Origin: Nemertoderma westbladi
Lineage: Eukaryota; Animalia; Xenacoelomorpha
Assembly: GCA_032718475.1 (NCBI GenBank)
Contig: JAUCBJ010000324.1
Coordinates: 1-32,247 of the forward strand
Reading direction: 5' to 3'
DNA: 32,247 bases
In this document: positions 22,294-32,247 of the stretch, in pieces
How positions within the stretch are numbered: position 1 is the first letter of the stretch
Layout of the letters: every line of letters begins with the position of its first letter
Position numbers and translations under genes: made by a program
The notes under the pieces: model-generated
Seen by the model: the letters and a program-made list of their open reading frames with translations, nothing else
The model's database searches: none
What the model was told of the DNA's origin: nothing

Positions 22294-22664
22294 GTTTGAT
22301 GAATTGTTTTCAATATTTTTGTGATTATAAATTACGTAGTCAGGTAGTCCCTTACGTTATCTCCTTTTAAAGTACTTCGCTTATCAGGTGGCGTTTTCTG
22401 GTTTCTATGTACTGATGTATTATTTTATTATTTGTTTAAAGATTCATAACAAATTTCATTATTTTATAATTACTTTTATTAGGTATTTTATATTATCACT
22501 TTATATAATACCGTACTTTTTATTACTATCAGGCAGTCAGGTACTTACTACAGTATTATGTTATTACTTTATTATTTATATAATTATTTAATACGAATGC
22601 CGACCAAAAATTCCCCACTCCAGAAAACACATCAATTAATATACCGTGTTTGAATTGAAGTAAT

Positions 22665-22830
22665 GACTGCGTAGCGTAGAAGGTGCTCGCGGTATACAGG
22701 AAGACGGTACTCCAGGATATCATTTGGTGGAACAGTTGGTCGCACCACTCGCACCGACCATCGCTCACCTTGATATGCGGAACATCCTCAGGAAACTCTC
22801 GCCAGTGGGTGATACAGATGACCGCTTTCT
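22665..22830 (-). pseudogene. Frameshifted THAP-like transposase N-terminal fragment
   Basis: Stitching three frames gives KAVICITHW..P..V.DG / RPTVPP / PGVPSSCIPR..R, resembling the C-x2-H-W and P-rich tail of THAP domains; recognised by eye only. Confidence 0.4.
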
Positions 22831-24092
22831 TCCGTTAGATGAAAGGCGAACCATCATACAGTCATAGTGCTGTAGTGTAATTGCCTAGACGCATTGGCAA
22901 TGCGGCCATCGAGTTACTAATAATCAAATTAATAGTTACGGTCTGACGGTTGTGTGGCGAAATATAACTGTTATTGTCTACGTCGTCGGTACGTGCTTCG
23001 GTGGATTACCTGAACTACAAACTAGGCCTATCAGCCTATCAATACTATATACCAGTATACATACAGCTACTCGACATTATTAAGAAATATTAAAATATAG
23101 GAAACAATACATTAAAACAACAGATAATTGAAAAACTAATACCAAAAATAGATTCTCCATAATTTTTTACCCCAGGATGTTGTATGTTTATCAGTACAGA
23201 TGCTTACCGGTAACCTAAAACTGTAAAACAACTGGTCTGGCTTGGCTAGCGAAGTCTGGATTTACCGTGTGCCAGTCCTTGTTTCAGTTTCAGTAGTCCT
23301 TGCGTTGATGTTGAGTCAATATTATCAGTATATTGTTGACTGACTGACTTATGTTAGATGTTGTAGGTAGACTAGCCTATTTATTTTTGGGGGTATCTTC
23401 TTATGTATATCATATACAGATATAGGATATGTTGAGCTGTTGAGTGTCAGAGTGTTAACAATAAAATGTTATTTGGTACGGTAGGACTACATGTAATTTT
23501 GCTTGCAAATTCAAATGTAGGCCTAAGTAAATGTGTTCATAGGAATCATAAATAGGCCGCCTAGCAATTATGGTCTGCAATTTATTTGTTGCTTTATATT
23601 AATTTCCGTTGCTCTGGAAACTAAATTGGTAGGCCTATGTCTGTATGTACTGGCTGACCGGTGCGGTAACTGTCGCTGTTGAGATTTCAGTCAATCGATG
23701 GTCTTTAGATTAAAGTTTGGGAAAACAATGCCGAAACTTATGAAATTAAATGTAGGAAGCAAGCATCTGCAATATAGTAAGCTATATATAAGCAAGCTGA
23801 ATATAGTTTTATATAAAATGTTGAATAACTGCATCTGCTGGTCTGGTGCTGACCTGCTTGTGTTGCAAAATCTTGAAATGTGGAACTTAATACTGTAATA
23901 AAAATGTGCAATTAAACTATACCGCTGTACCTGCCGTTAATCAGGTAATAGAATACGGTATGATAATCGAATACCGTTACCTATATGATACCGGTATTTC
24001 TTTACGTCACCCCCACCCATATCCGTACCAGTTTGCTGGTTTACAGTTTACTGAAATTTGAACATGAAATTTTGAAATTTATTGAAATTACA

Positions 24093-24780
24093 TGAAATTT
24101 GAAACAGATATAGTTTCACTCAACTCCTCCACCGTGGGTGTACCAAAATTTTTATTTTTGCTTTCATTTTTTAGCTACAAGGAAGCCTTTAAAAAAATTA
24201 TCTCCGTCGTTATTGCACCATTTTCACCGCAGTTAGTCTTCACCCTTATAGTGATTTGTTGGTACTATTAGAAAGCTGATCACGCAAGTATTCCAAATAC
24301 TGAAATATGTAACATAATCTGAATTTCGTCGTAAAATAGCTGAGAAAACGACAAAATGTTCCAGATGGCGTATTTATTTAATAGAATAAAATAGCCTCAC
24401 GCAACTGCAAAACCATGCAATTTTTTAACGTTGATATCTCAGCTATTTTACGACGAAATTCAGATTGTGTTACATATTTGGAATCCTTGCGTGGTCAGAT
24501 TTCTAACAGTACCAACAAACAGCTATAAGGTTGAAAAATAACTGTGGTGAAAATGGTGCAATACCGTCAGACCGTCGGAGACACCTTTTTCAAACGTTTG
24601 TAGCTAAAAAATGAAAGCAAAAAATAAAAATTCTGGCTCACCCACGCAGTGAGGAGTTGAGTGAAACTATCTCTATTTCCAATTTCAAGCAATCTCATCA
24701 AGATTTGAACAAATTTGGGGGGGGGGGCATGTACCAGAATAAGGGCATTATAGCCTATTCCACAATTCCAGGACATGGCA
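24093..24780. mobile_element. Diverged foldback MITE related to the 15784-16684 family, immediately upstream of INTS1
   Basis: 24093-24345 pairs with 24437-24687. It shares ttccaaatatgtaac..tctgaatttcgt..agctgaga, aaaatgttccaga, a poly-G and the terminal ggacatgg with the 15784 element. Confidence 0.8.
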
Positions 24781-24932
24781 TAGGCTATATATATATACTA
24801 GGAGTATACACTTCAGTTTAAAACGTAAAATCTAGTTGATAGGCTATTGTTGAACTTGTCAAGGACCTATTGGATTAAATTATTTTAATTTATATCATAT
24901 TTACAGAACATTTTATACCTTATGTGATCTGA

Positions 24933-27900
24933 ATGGCTAATCCATTGCGAGAAACTAAAATGAAAATTTTACCGCCGGCTGGGGCGATGATAGCCTTAGG
25001 GTCGAAGAGTCGACAGTCGGGTAACAACGGAAGCTCGAGTTACAAACGGGACAGTTCTACCCCGCCTGCGGGTGAATATAAACGGATACGACTCATGGAG
25101 TCTAGACTCTCCAGAAACTCGCCACAACACGAATTCCCCGATGCGGCCCCATTTGAGGTTTCAGCAGAAGATTTAGTTGACTTAGTTTTGACAGCTGTTC
25201 ACAGTGACCACATAGACCGTTTGGATAAGCTCCTCTGCAGCGCAATGCAGTCCCTGAAATCGATGCGAACTAAATCGGATACGGTTTCGTTGCTCGTTCT
25301 CAGTCTCATGTATCTGGCGAAACGAGTTCCAGAAGTGTTCCTATCGCCTGCGGTTACCGATTGTTTGTGCGGTTTTCTACGGCGAAGCGAAACATCAGGA
25401 ATGAAACAGCGAAATCAGACGTCTGTCATTCTCGCTTGCAACGTGTTGATGCACGTCTTCCGCTCCGAATCATCATGGCCGTTAACTTTCCTGAGTTTGC
25501 TTATGGAAGACGCGATAGGGGAGCGATGCTGGGTGGACAACGAGTACTGCAAGGAGTTTGTGTTGAACATCCTCACCGCGTTCAACACGACGCTGCCTCA
25601 ATCAATACCGGATTATTGTAACTTGGGAATTAAAGATCCGGAGATTCCTGTACCTGACGATCCGGTTCTCAGCATCCGTTCTGGAATGATCAGCGGCGTT
25701 AGTTCCAGCACGTTCCTCGACGCGGACGAATCGTTGTGTTGCCGTTCCTCACCTCGCTACCAGTGGAACCGTAGCGAAGTGGTTAAATACACGCTGGACG
25801 TGATAAAGGAGCAGATGAATAAACGCGTTGTCGGTATCGGCCCGGGTTCCTCCAACACCGACGGACAGACGGCGCGGAACCTACTGAAACTCCTCGCGGC
25901 CTGCAGCGGACTCCCGGATGTCCGCACCATCGCCTCGCATAAACTAGAGTTGTGGTTGCAGAACCCGAAACTCACGAAACACGCGCAAGAATTATTTATA
26001 GCGGTTTGCGGGAATTGTAACTCTCAATTGCCCGGGGATAGCGAAGTCATTCTCAGTATAATTAAGATGAGACTCAAAGCGAAACCGTTGTTGGAAGTTT
26101 ATAAGTTCGGGATCGCGTTGTTGTTGAAGCAGCATTGTGATAACATTGGCACATTAATCACTCATGTTGTTTATAACGAGTTGAATCCCCAAAGGAACCC
26201 GAGTAACATGACTTTACTGTCGATTGCTTTCAGTTTCGATTACGGCAGGGCTTTGAAGCATCTCACCCATATATTCCACCAGTTACTCGTTAAGAAAGAG
26301 GATTATTTGCGAACGCTTAGAACTCTACTGCGGGAGATAGTTAAAAACACTCAAACCGAGTTCCAATTTGTTTTGTTTTCTATGTCTCTAATGTCGGGCC
26401 TCGGTGATATAATAAGTCAGACACCGGATTTTACCAATCATTTGCGTCTGTTTCAGCAGGTTATTGACCTGCTGGTTCTGTCTGTCTTCCTTGGCGGTTT
26501 GTCTGCATGCGGTCGGGGGCCCCAAGATAATAAAGCCGATGATTCCTTTGCATCTCACGAATTCCGGTACAAAGCGGCCCAAGTGCAGAACGATATTGTT
26601 ACTTGGTTCAAAACGGAAGTTATTAAAATATTTGATAATAAAATCAGCAGTGAGGATTTTCTTCAGGGACTCCATAAAGTTTTGTTTTTGGACTCTTTCG
26701 AAAGTTACAGCTGTAAAGATGGCTGGCCAACTGAGTCGGACAGAGGGAACTTAATGAGATTGGTTACCGAACTGCCGTTATTCCAGGACACAATAATGCA
26801 AATATTAATAATGGGTATCGATAACAGCGTCCCAATAACCAACCACCAATCCTTGGATTTCGTCGACTTGCTTTGCAGCCGCGCGGTTAGTTTGTACAAT
26901 AAAGGATACATGAATGCGCTAAAAATAGACAAGTTGGATATTATAGAAGTCGCATTGAAGCTGTGTTTGTATCGACACCCGGATAGCATTCAACTCCCTT
27001 CGGGTTACGTACCACCAGTCTTGGCCATATCTGTTATCTACTGGAAGACTTGGGAGGTTCTACTAATGTTTGCGGCGTTAAACCCCCAAACGATCGGTAA
27101 GACCGCGTGGCAATCCCACCCGCAACTCAAGTTGTTTATGGAGATGGCGATGACAAAGAGTTACTCGTTTCCCCCCGAAACTTCGAGACAAAACAAGGAA
27201 AATGTCGACATCATCCTCAATAAAGAAATGCGTTCTGTGGAGGAAGAGAAACAGAAGATCCTCGAGTTCGAAACTTATTTGGCAGCTGCGTCAACCAAAC
27301 AGCAAATAACTGAACAGAATAGTTTACTCCTTCCGCAGCTGCTGTCATTCAACATCACGGGGGACGCGAGATGCCCTACGGCTGGTGTCATTGAGTCCGT
27401 AAAAGAACGAAACACGCAATTTAAGTTGGGATCGCTGTTGTGTCAGAGTAGAGAGCCGGATTTCCTAATGGATATTATCCAACATCAGGGGACCTGCCAG
27501 AGCCAACCGTGGCTCACCGACCTCGTTCTCTCCAGTGAGTGCTCGCTCAGCGTGCTCCCAGTCCCGTGTCTCTGCGCCTTTTTGTTGGCCGAAGTCGCTA
27601 CGCTCTCCAACTCAGATTCCAGCGAAAAGCGAGTCAAACTGAGTCAATTGTTGAGTCATTTACGTAGCGAAATCCACAACTCCAGCGCATCCAGGGCGAT
27701 TCCTATTGAAATAGTTCTATACTTTATGACTCGTTTATCACAGAAGTCGCCGTACACTCGACTCCAGGCGCTGCAATGTTTGAAGTTTCTTCTCAATCCA
27801 CCGGAAAGCACTCCGTCCGCCACATTCAGCGTTCTAGAATCCCTAATCGACATGGATGCCATAGAAACCGCCCTGCCGGACTACGTTTGGCTAATAAAAT

Positions 27901-30900
27901 ATTTCCCCCAACTCAATTTATTTCCCGCTGTTCTCGTTAGTTGCTTCGAGAATCTCCGATCCGCCTGTCACATCGAGACAAACATCCCGGCGATCAGCGC
28001 CTACATTATTATATTCGGGTCGCAATGCCGTTTGCTGGACCTACCGGAGTTGGCAGTCACTGTCCACTGCATATCCGATGTTATTATCCACCGTCCTACT
28101 ATATTCAGTGGACTTATCCAATACAACGAGGCGACACTGCATGGCGCCACTTTGGCAGCTATTCTACGCGTTTTCGGTACTTATATGGATAAAATTATGT
28201 CGATTGATGACGAATCACACTCTCTAAGTAATTCTCAGGCCAATATTATTCTTAAATGGAATAATGGAAAGTCGACAGAATTTCATATGTTTGTTGTTCA
28301 CGCTTCGGTATTATTATTAATACATGCAGAACCCAATAACCACCGAGATACTGAAACTTATACGAAGTTAGTAGATCTTTGGTTTCCAGATAATGGACAA
28401 CAACCCAAGGCGATATCTACTGAAACATTGGAAGTTATACCACTGGTTCCTGATTGGTTGAAACTCCGTATGATAAGATCTACTAAGCCGTTAATAGTGC
28501 AGTACGCCATAAAGGACCTTGATCCGGCCCAGCTTGTACTTTTCGTTCAATCATTTGGCATTCCTTTGCTAAATATTGATATTATCTTGGAAGTATTAGA
28601 TGATGTTGCCAACAATACCCCCAATGTTCTTACCGATCATGTTAGCGACAAACGATACATGAGTCACTTGGTTAAAGTCAACCAAAGAAGAGGTGCAAAG
28701 CGCGGCTGCGTGTTCCAGAAATGGCTTCAAGTCAGTCACAATGTCGATGAAACTAAAGACGTTGAAATGGAATCACCTGCTAAGATTATAAAACCCCCAC
28801 CCCATTTGAATACGATTGACGCCGATTGTCTATCCAATTACGATATTATGGAATATCTGCAATATTTGTTTGGTTTATACCCCGGACATCTAAAATCCCA
28901 AAATGTCTTCCAGTTCCATCAGTGTATCCTCCAGCATTTGTTTTCCAACCGGGTTATTTTGGAACGTTTTGTAAACAGCCTCAGTGATGTTATGGATATC
29001 GCCGCGGATCAGTGCGTGGTGGATGGCATTGGGGAAAGGTCGCATATGTTATTCGCTATCACACATCTATTACTGAATAATATTCCTAGTGATATGCGAT
29101 CAATGGATAATATTCAAAAGTCAATAAGGACTAATGTCTGCAAGATATTAAAAATTCGCTCATTTTCTGTATTATCGCCAATAATAACAGGTTGTCCTAT
29201 AGGCGATACATTAATGCAAACAACAGCCCCGTGTCTACCCTCTACAGCGCGCTGTATACTATTGGCTAACGATGGCGTAACTAAATACTCAATAATTCAA
29301 CTAGTAGAGGCATTTGCTACAATACCAAACACTGTTGATACCGGAACCGCTTTAGATGCTGTTATTAAGTTTTTAATCCGCCGCCACTCTGAATTATCCG
29401 CGGTGTTTGTCTCGGAATATATCCGATATTTAGTGTCGCCGTCACTGCCATCCATAACAAGCACTCAATTGGGACGGGTTGGTCTGTTACTCGATTGGTA
29501 CCAAGTACTGAAACCGGAGATTGTTAACTCGCTGGATGACTGTTTTATGGTATTTGGTCCACCATTAAGGAAACCAACTAATGCAACGCCAATGGAACTG
29601 GAGGAAGTATCATTCCGAGAATTCTTGCTCACATCGCTGATTCATCAGTCAACTTGGGAAACTTTAACAAACTGTATCAACTGGATTCTGCAATCAAAGA
29701 ACAATAGTACACTGCTATCTACTAAGTTTTCTCTGCGTTTTATTACGGGTTGTTTGCGTGCTCCTAAAATTTGGCAAGGAAGAGACATGAAAGCGCCACA
29801 ACGAGTATTCCAAACCGATATTCTTAGTTTAAACCAAATGCAGCTAGAAAACGTAACGCGCATAATAATAACAGATTGCTGTCGCAGTTTGAAAGCCGAT
29901 CGCTCGCCTATGCTCCTCACGGAAGTTATCCGCGGTCGAGTTTCATTGGTATTCCTTCTCGCTAAAAGCATGACGTCCTTACAACATGTCGCTAAACATT
30001 TAATCGCAGAGAGTAAATCCACCGACTCTGACACTCGTAAAGTATCATCCCTTCTCCTTCTACATGTGTATTTGTTTTGTCCGGACGTGTTGGACACCTA
30101 CAAGGACGACTTTGATTTGTGTAACAGTTACCACGGGATCGAGTTCACAACCGGACAGATCGACCGTACCACGCACCAGTTGATCATGGCCTTGGGAACC
30201 ACTGAGTCTAGCAAAGAGTGTGAAGATCGGATGTACGACGCCAACATATACCTGCGCAAACTCGCTTCCTACAGACCAGTTATATTCCTGCGTCAACTGC
30301 CACTCCTGGGTGTCATAATGAACGGACGCACTTCCACATCATTCGGGGAATTCAAAAGAAGAAAAAACTTCCTTCTATTCACTCACGTAGTCGGAATTAT
30401 TGAGCTCCTGATTCCACATATCTACCACACGGCCTATAGAGAACGGTTACTCGATATTATACAATCTTATTTTAATTTCCTTCAAGTATATACTCAACAT
30501 AATAAAAGTATCGGCGCTATAATAACGAAACTGTGTGTTTTTCTGAGAGGTTTATTGCATTACGATTCCAATGCTTTGTCTTTTCTTTCCGCCCATAAGG
30601 GTCTACTACGCGACGTTGCTAATGTATATTCCGAGAACGTCTCATTATCCGAATTATTGAATCTCGAGGCTGAGTTTACTTTACGCGGGAAAGTAACAGA
30701 ATGTTCGAATACCGCCGGGCCCCCTGTTGAAAGTATACCAGGTGGTATGCGTTCGTCATTCATTGGTTTATCTTCTATCCAATCACGACCACACTCACCG
30801 CCTCTGAATCTCGCCCCTTTTTTGGCTAAAGTTGGACCTTCTGCTCCTCTGGACGACGTCATGATGGTTCTAAACGATTTAGATGAGACATCTAAACGGA

Positions 30901-31247
30901 AAGTTGATCTGTTAGTTTCCTTTATTCCCGCCCTCCAGCAGCACATGACGAGTTCGAGTCAGGATTGTCGAGTGAAGGTGCATGACCTAATATTGCGGCT
31001 TATACGGCATTACCCGAAACTTGCGTCGGAGTTCCTAGAAGGATATCTCCAGTGTCTGTTATCCAATGATCCCGCTATTGTGCAGTCTGCGATTCACAAT
31101 TTGCCTGAGTTTTGTCAGTTGTGTCGTGAAAACTCCAAATTTATTCTTAATGCCGCTTTCTCTGTTGGTTTAAATGCAAAGATGGAAACGGGTTCAGCTG
31201 TCAAAGACTGTTTGCAGTTTCTAAACTTGGAGACAATAACTCAATGA
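24933..31247 (+). CDS. INTS1: Integrator complex subunit 1, 2104 aa, uninterrupted ORF
   Basis: Conserved INTS1 motifs: EDAIGERCWVD, LELWLQNPKL..AQEL, NEL..RNP.NM, DYLR.LR.LLREIVK, LEFETYLAAA, LCQSREPDFL, PDWLKLRMIRS, LVLFVQSFGIP, PKIWQGRD, LRQLPL, LDETSKRK. Length is close to animal INTS1. Confidence 0.95.
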   Translation: MANPLRETKMKILPPAGAMIALGSKSRQSGNNGSSSYKRDSSTPPAGEYKRIRLMESRLSRNSPQHEFPDAAPFEVSAEDLVDLVLTAVHSDHIDRLDKLLCSAMQSLKSMRTKSDTVSLLVLSLMYLAKRVPEVFLSPAVTDCLCGFLRRSETSGMKQRNQTSVILACNVLMHVFRSESSWPLTFLSLLMEDAIGERCWVDNEYCKEFVLNILTAFNTTLPQSIPDYCNLGIKDPEIPVPDDPVLSIRSGMISGVSSSTFLDADESLCCRSSPRYQWNRSEVVKYTLDVIKEQMNKRVVGIGPGSSNTDGQTARNLLKLLAACSGLPDVRTIASHKLELWLQNPKLTKHAQELFIAVCGNCNSQLPGDSEVILSIIKMRLKAKPLLEVYKFGIALLLKQHCDNIGTLITHVVYNELNPQRNPSNMTLLSIAFSFDYGRALKHLTHIFHQLLVKKEDYLRTLRTLLREIVKNTQTEFQFVLFSMSLMSGLGDIISQTPDFTNHLRLFQQVIDLLVLSVFLGGLSACGRGPQDNKADDSFASHEFRYKAAQVQNDIVTWFKTEVIKIFDNKISSEDFLQGLHKVLFLDSFESYSCKDGWPTESDRGNLMRLVTELPLFQDTIMQILIMGIDNSVPITNHQSLDFVDLLCSRAVSLYNKGYMNALKIDKLDIIEVALKLCLYRHPDSIQLPSGYVPPVLAISVIYWKTWEVLLMFAALNPQTIGKTAWQSHPQLKLFMEMAMTKSYSFPPETSRQNKENVDIILNKEMRSVEEEKQKILEFETYLAAASTKQQITEQNSLLLPQLLSFNITGDARCPTAGVIESVKERNTQFKLGSLLCQSREPDFLMDIIQHQGTCQSQPWLTDLVLSSECSLSVLPVPCLCAFLLAEVATLSNSDSSEKRVKLSQLLSHLRSEIHNSSASRAIPIEIVLYFMTRLSQKSPYTRLQALQCLKFLLNPPESTPSATFSVLESLIDMDAIETALPDYVWLIKYFPQLNLFPAVLVSCFENLRSACHIETNIPAISAYIIIFGSQCRLLDLPELAVTVHCISDVIIHRPTIFSGLIQYNEATLHGATLAAILRVFGTYMDKIMSIDDESHSLSNSQANIILKWNNGKSTEFHMFVVHASVLLLIHAEPNNHRDTETYTKLVDLWFPDNGQQPKAISTETLEVIPLVPDWLKLRMIRSTKPLIVQYAIKDLDPAQLVLFVQSFGIPLLNIDIILEVLDDVANNTPNVLTDHVSDKRYMSHLVKVNQRRGAKRGCVFQKWLQVSHNVDETKDVEMESPAKIIKPPPHLNTIDADCLSNYDIMEYLQYLFGLYPGHLKSQNVFQFHQCILQHLFSNRVILERFVNSLSDVMDIAADQCVVDGIGERSHMLFAITHLLLNNIPSDMRSMDNIQKSIRTNVCKILKIRSFSVLSPIITGCPIGDTLMQTTAPCLPSTARCILLANDGVTKYSIIQLVEAFATIPNTVDTGTALDAVIKFLIRRHSELSAVFVSEYIRYLVSPSLPSITSTQLGRVGLLLDWYQVLKPEIVNSLDDCFMVFGPPLRKPTNATPMELEEVSFREFLLTSLIHQSTWETLTNCINWILQSKNNSTLLSTKFSLRFITGCLRAPKIWQGRDMKAPQRVFQTDILSLNQMQLENVTRIIITDCCRSLKADRSPMLLTEVIRGRVSLVFLLAKSMTSLQHVAKHLIAESKSTDSDTRKVSSLLLLHVYLFCPDVLDTYKDDFDLCNSYHGIEFTTGQIDRTTHQLIMALGTTESSKECEDRMYDANIYLRKLASYRPVIFLRQLPLLGVIMNGRTSTSFGEFKRRKNFLLFTHVVGIIELLIPHIYHTAYRERLLDIIQSYFNFLQVYTQHNKSIGAIITKLCVFLRGLLHYDSNALSFLSAHKGLLRDVANVYSENVSLSELLNLEAEFTLRGKVTECSNTAGPPVESIPGGMRSSFIGLSSIQSRPHSPPLNLAPFLAKVGPSAPLDDVMMVLNDLDETSKRKVDLLVSFIPALQQHMTSSSQDCRVKVHDLILRLIRHYPKLASEFLEGYLQCLLSNDPAIVQSAIHNLPEFCQLCRENSKFILNAAFSVGLNAKMETGSAVKDCLQFLNLETITQ

Positions 31248-32247
31248 GATATTTAAAGGCTATTTTTCTATATCGTGTTATGTTGTGTAGATTTTAGTTA
31301 CATCTGACCTATGGTATTTACTGTAACGGAATATTCCCGGTTAGACAGTAAGCTTCCTGACTGTACTCATTTGACTTATTGATTAGTAGTAATGTTTATC
31401 AATCAAAGCAGAATGGATTTAATTTAATTACTAAATTAAGCTCAGTTAGTTTTATTCGATATGACTTACGTTACAGGTCCCGTTACAGGTTATATTTCAT
31501 GACGTCACAGATGGTCGGCTGATGTCTATAAATCCTCATATTTGAAGATGTTTGGCTGGCTGTTAGTCAACATATCTGATTACACAGCTCCAACGCAAAG
31601 TAACATCAGGTAAATTCGGCGTAGAACACATTGTGTAAACAGCGTAAACTATTTTGTTGATGTACGACGACATTGAAGAATATTAATTAAGTAATTATAT
31701 AACGGGGTTCCCAAGTGTTTTTTTTTTATTCTTTTCGTTTTGTGACAACTAAATACGTAGGTGGTGAGTCGAACCTGTTTAGTGAATGAAGATTGGTTTT
31801 ATTATGGTGAGGTGCCAAAAATGCCGAATTCACAGAGTGAAAAATTTACACATTTCAGGTGTGTTATTCTGTGGGAAATTTAGGTGGTGGTGGATTCTTG
31901 ACTCATGGGTGACAGGGAGTTGTGGCGGCGCTATTTTGTCGACGCACGCACACGCCGGCACAGTTTTTAATATAATATGCTAAATATATTGCTGCTGCAA
32001 CGCAGCATTCCGGTAGTAGTAGTTATGTGTGAAATTCAGCTGGTGGTGGATTCCATCAAGGAGCTGTTTCCGCTTACGAATGTTGTCTTTTTTGTTTCTG
32101 GGTTTCTTACCGTTTCTACTAGAATAAAATCCGAGGATATTTAAGTTTGTATATATAATGCAACCGGACTATGGAATACCATTTGCGGGATCTAATTCCC
32201 AATTATTCAGGGAGGGCATTTAAGTTGTTAATTTGATGGTCATTGGA

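Larger units (their letters stand above)
20778..23302 (-). mobile_element. P-element-superfamily remnant (TIRs, 8-bp TSD, THAP-like fragment)
   Basis: TIR CAAGGACTACTGAA..CAAGGACTGGCACACGGTAAATCCAGACTTCGCTAGC at 20778-20829 vs 23245-23302; flanks CGTTGACG (20770-20777) and CGTTGATG (23303-23310); CAAGG start fits the P-type CANRG terminus. Confidence 0.7.

Noticed and set aside
25361-30946. Short ORFs overlapping INTS1
   Set aside because: Alternative-frame shadows without recognisable domains.
31499-32247. TGACGTCA (CRE-like) site and short ORFs downstream of INTS1
   Set aside because: A single 8-mer and ORFs of 65 aa or less without homology; insufficient to call a promoter or gene.

Overview
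Repeat-rich animal genomic DNA; no RNA genes or CRISPR arrays seen. 0.8-10.2 kb (+) is a defective BEL/Pao LTR retrotransposon. It is one reading frame (gag, three zinc knuckles, protease) with two in-frame stops, lacking RT, most of RNase H and the integrase core. A young, intact, GC-rich CsRn1-type Gypsy element (4604-8940, minus strand; identical 190-bp LTRs, ACGC TSD, tRNA-Trp PBS, GGGAAAC -1 frameshift with hairpin) inserted just before the protease catalytic motif. 12755-13519 (+) is an uninterrupted MH2-only Smad ORF with no MH1 and no C-terminal SSXS. 11-24.8 kb is a stack of non-autonomous DNA elements: three members of one foldback MITE family, a MITE carrying an RTE LINE fragment and a complex inverted duplication, a Sola-like element, and a P-like remnant holding a minisatellite foldback. 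24933-31247 (+) is a full-length Integrator subunit 1 (INTS1) encoded without introns. Non-coding DNA is strongly enriched in TA-(short motif)-TA words resembling transposon excision footprints. All coordinates and counts were read by eye.
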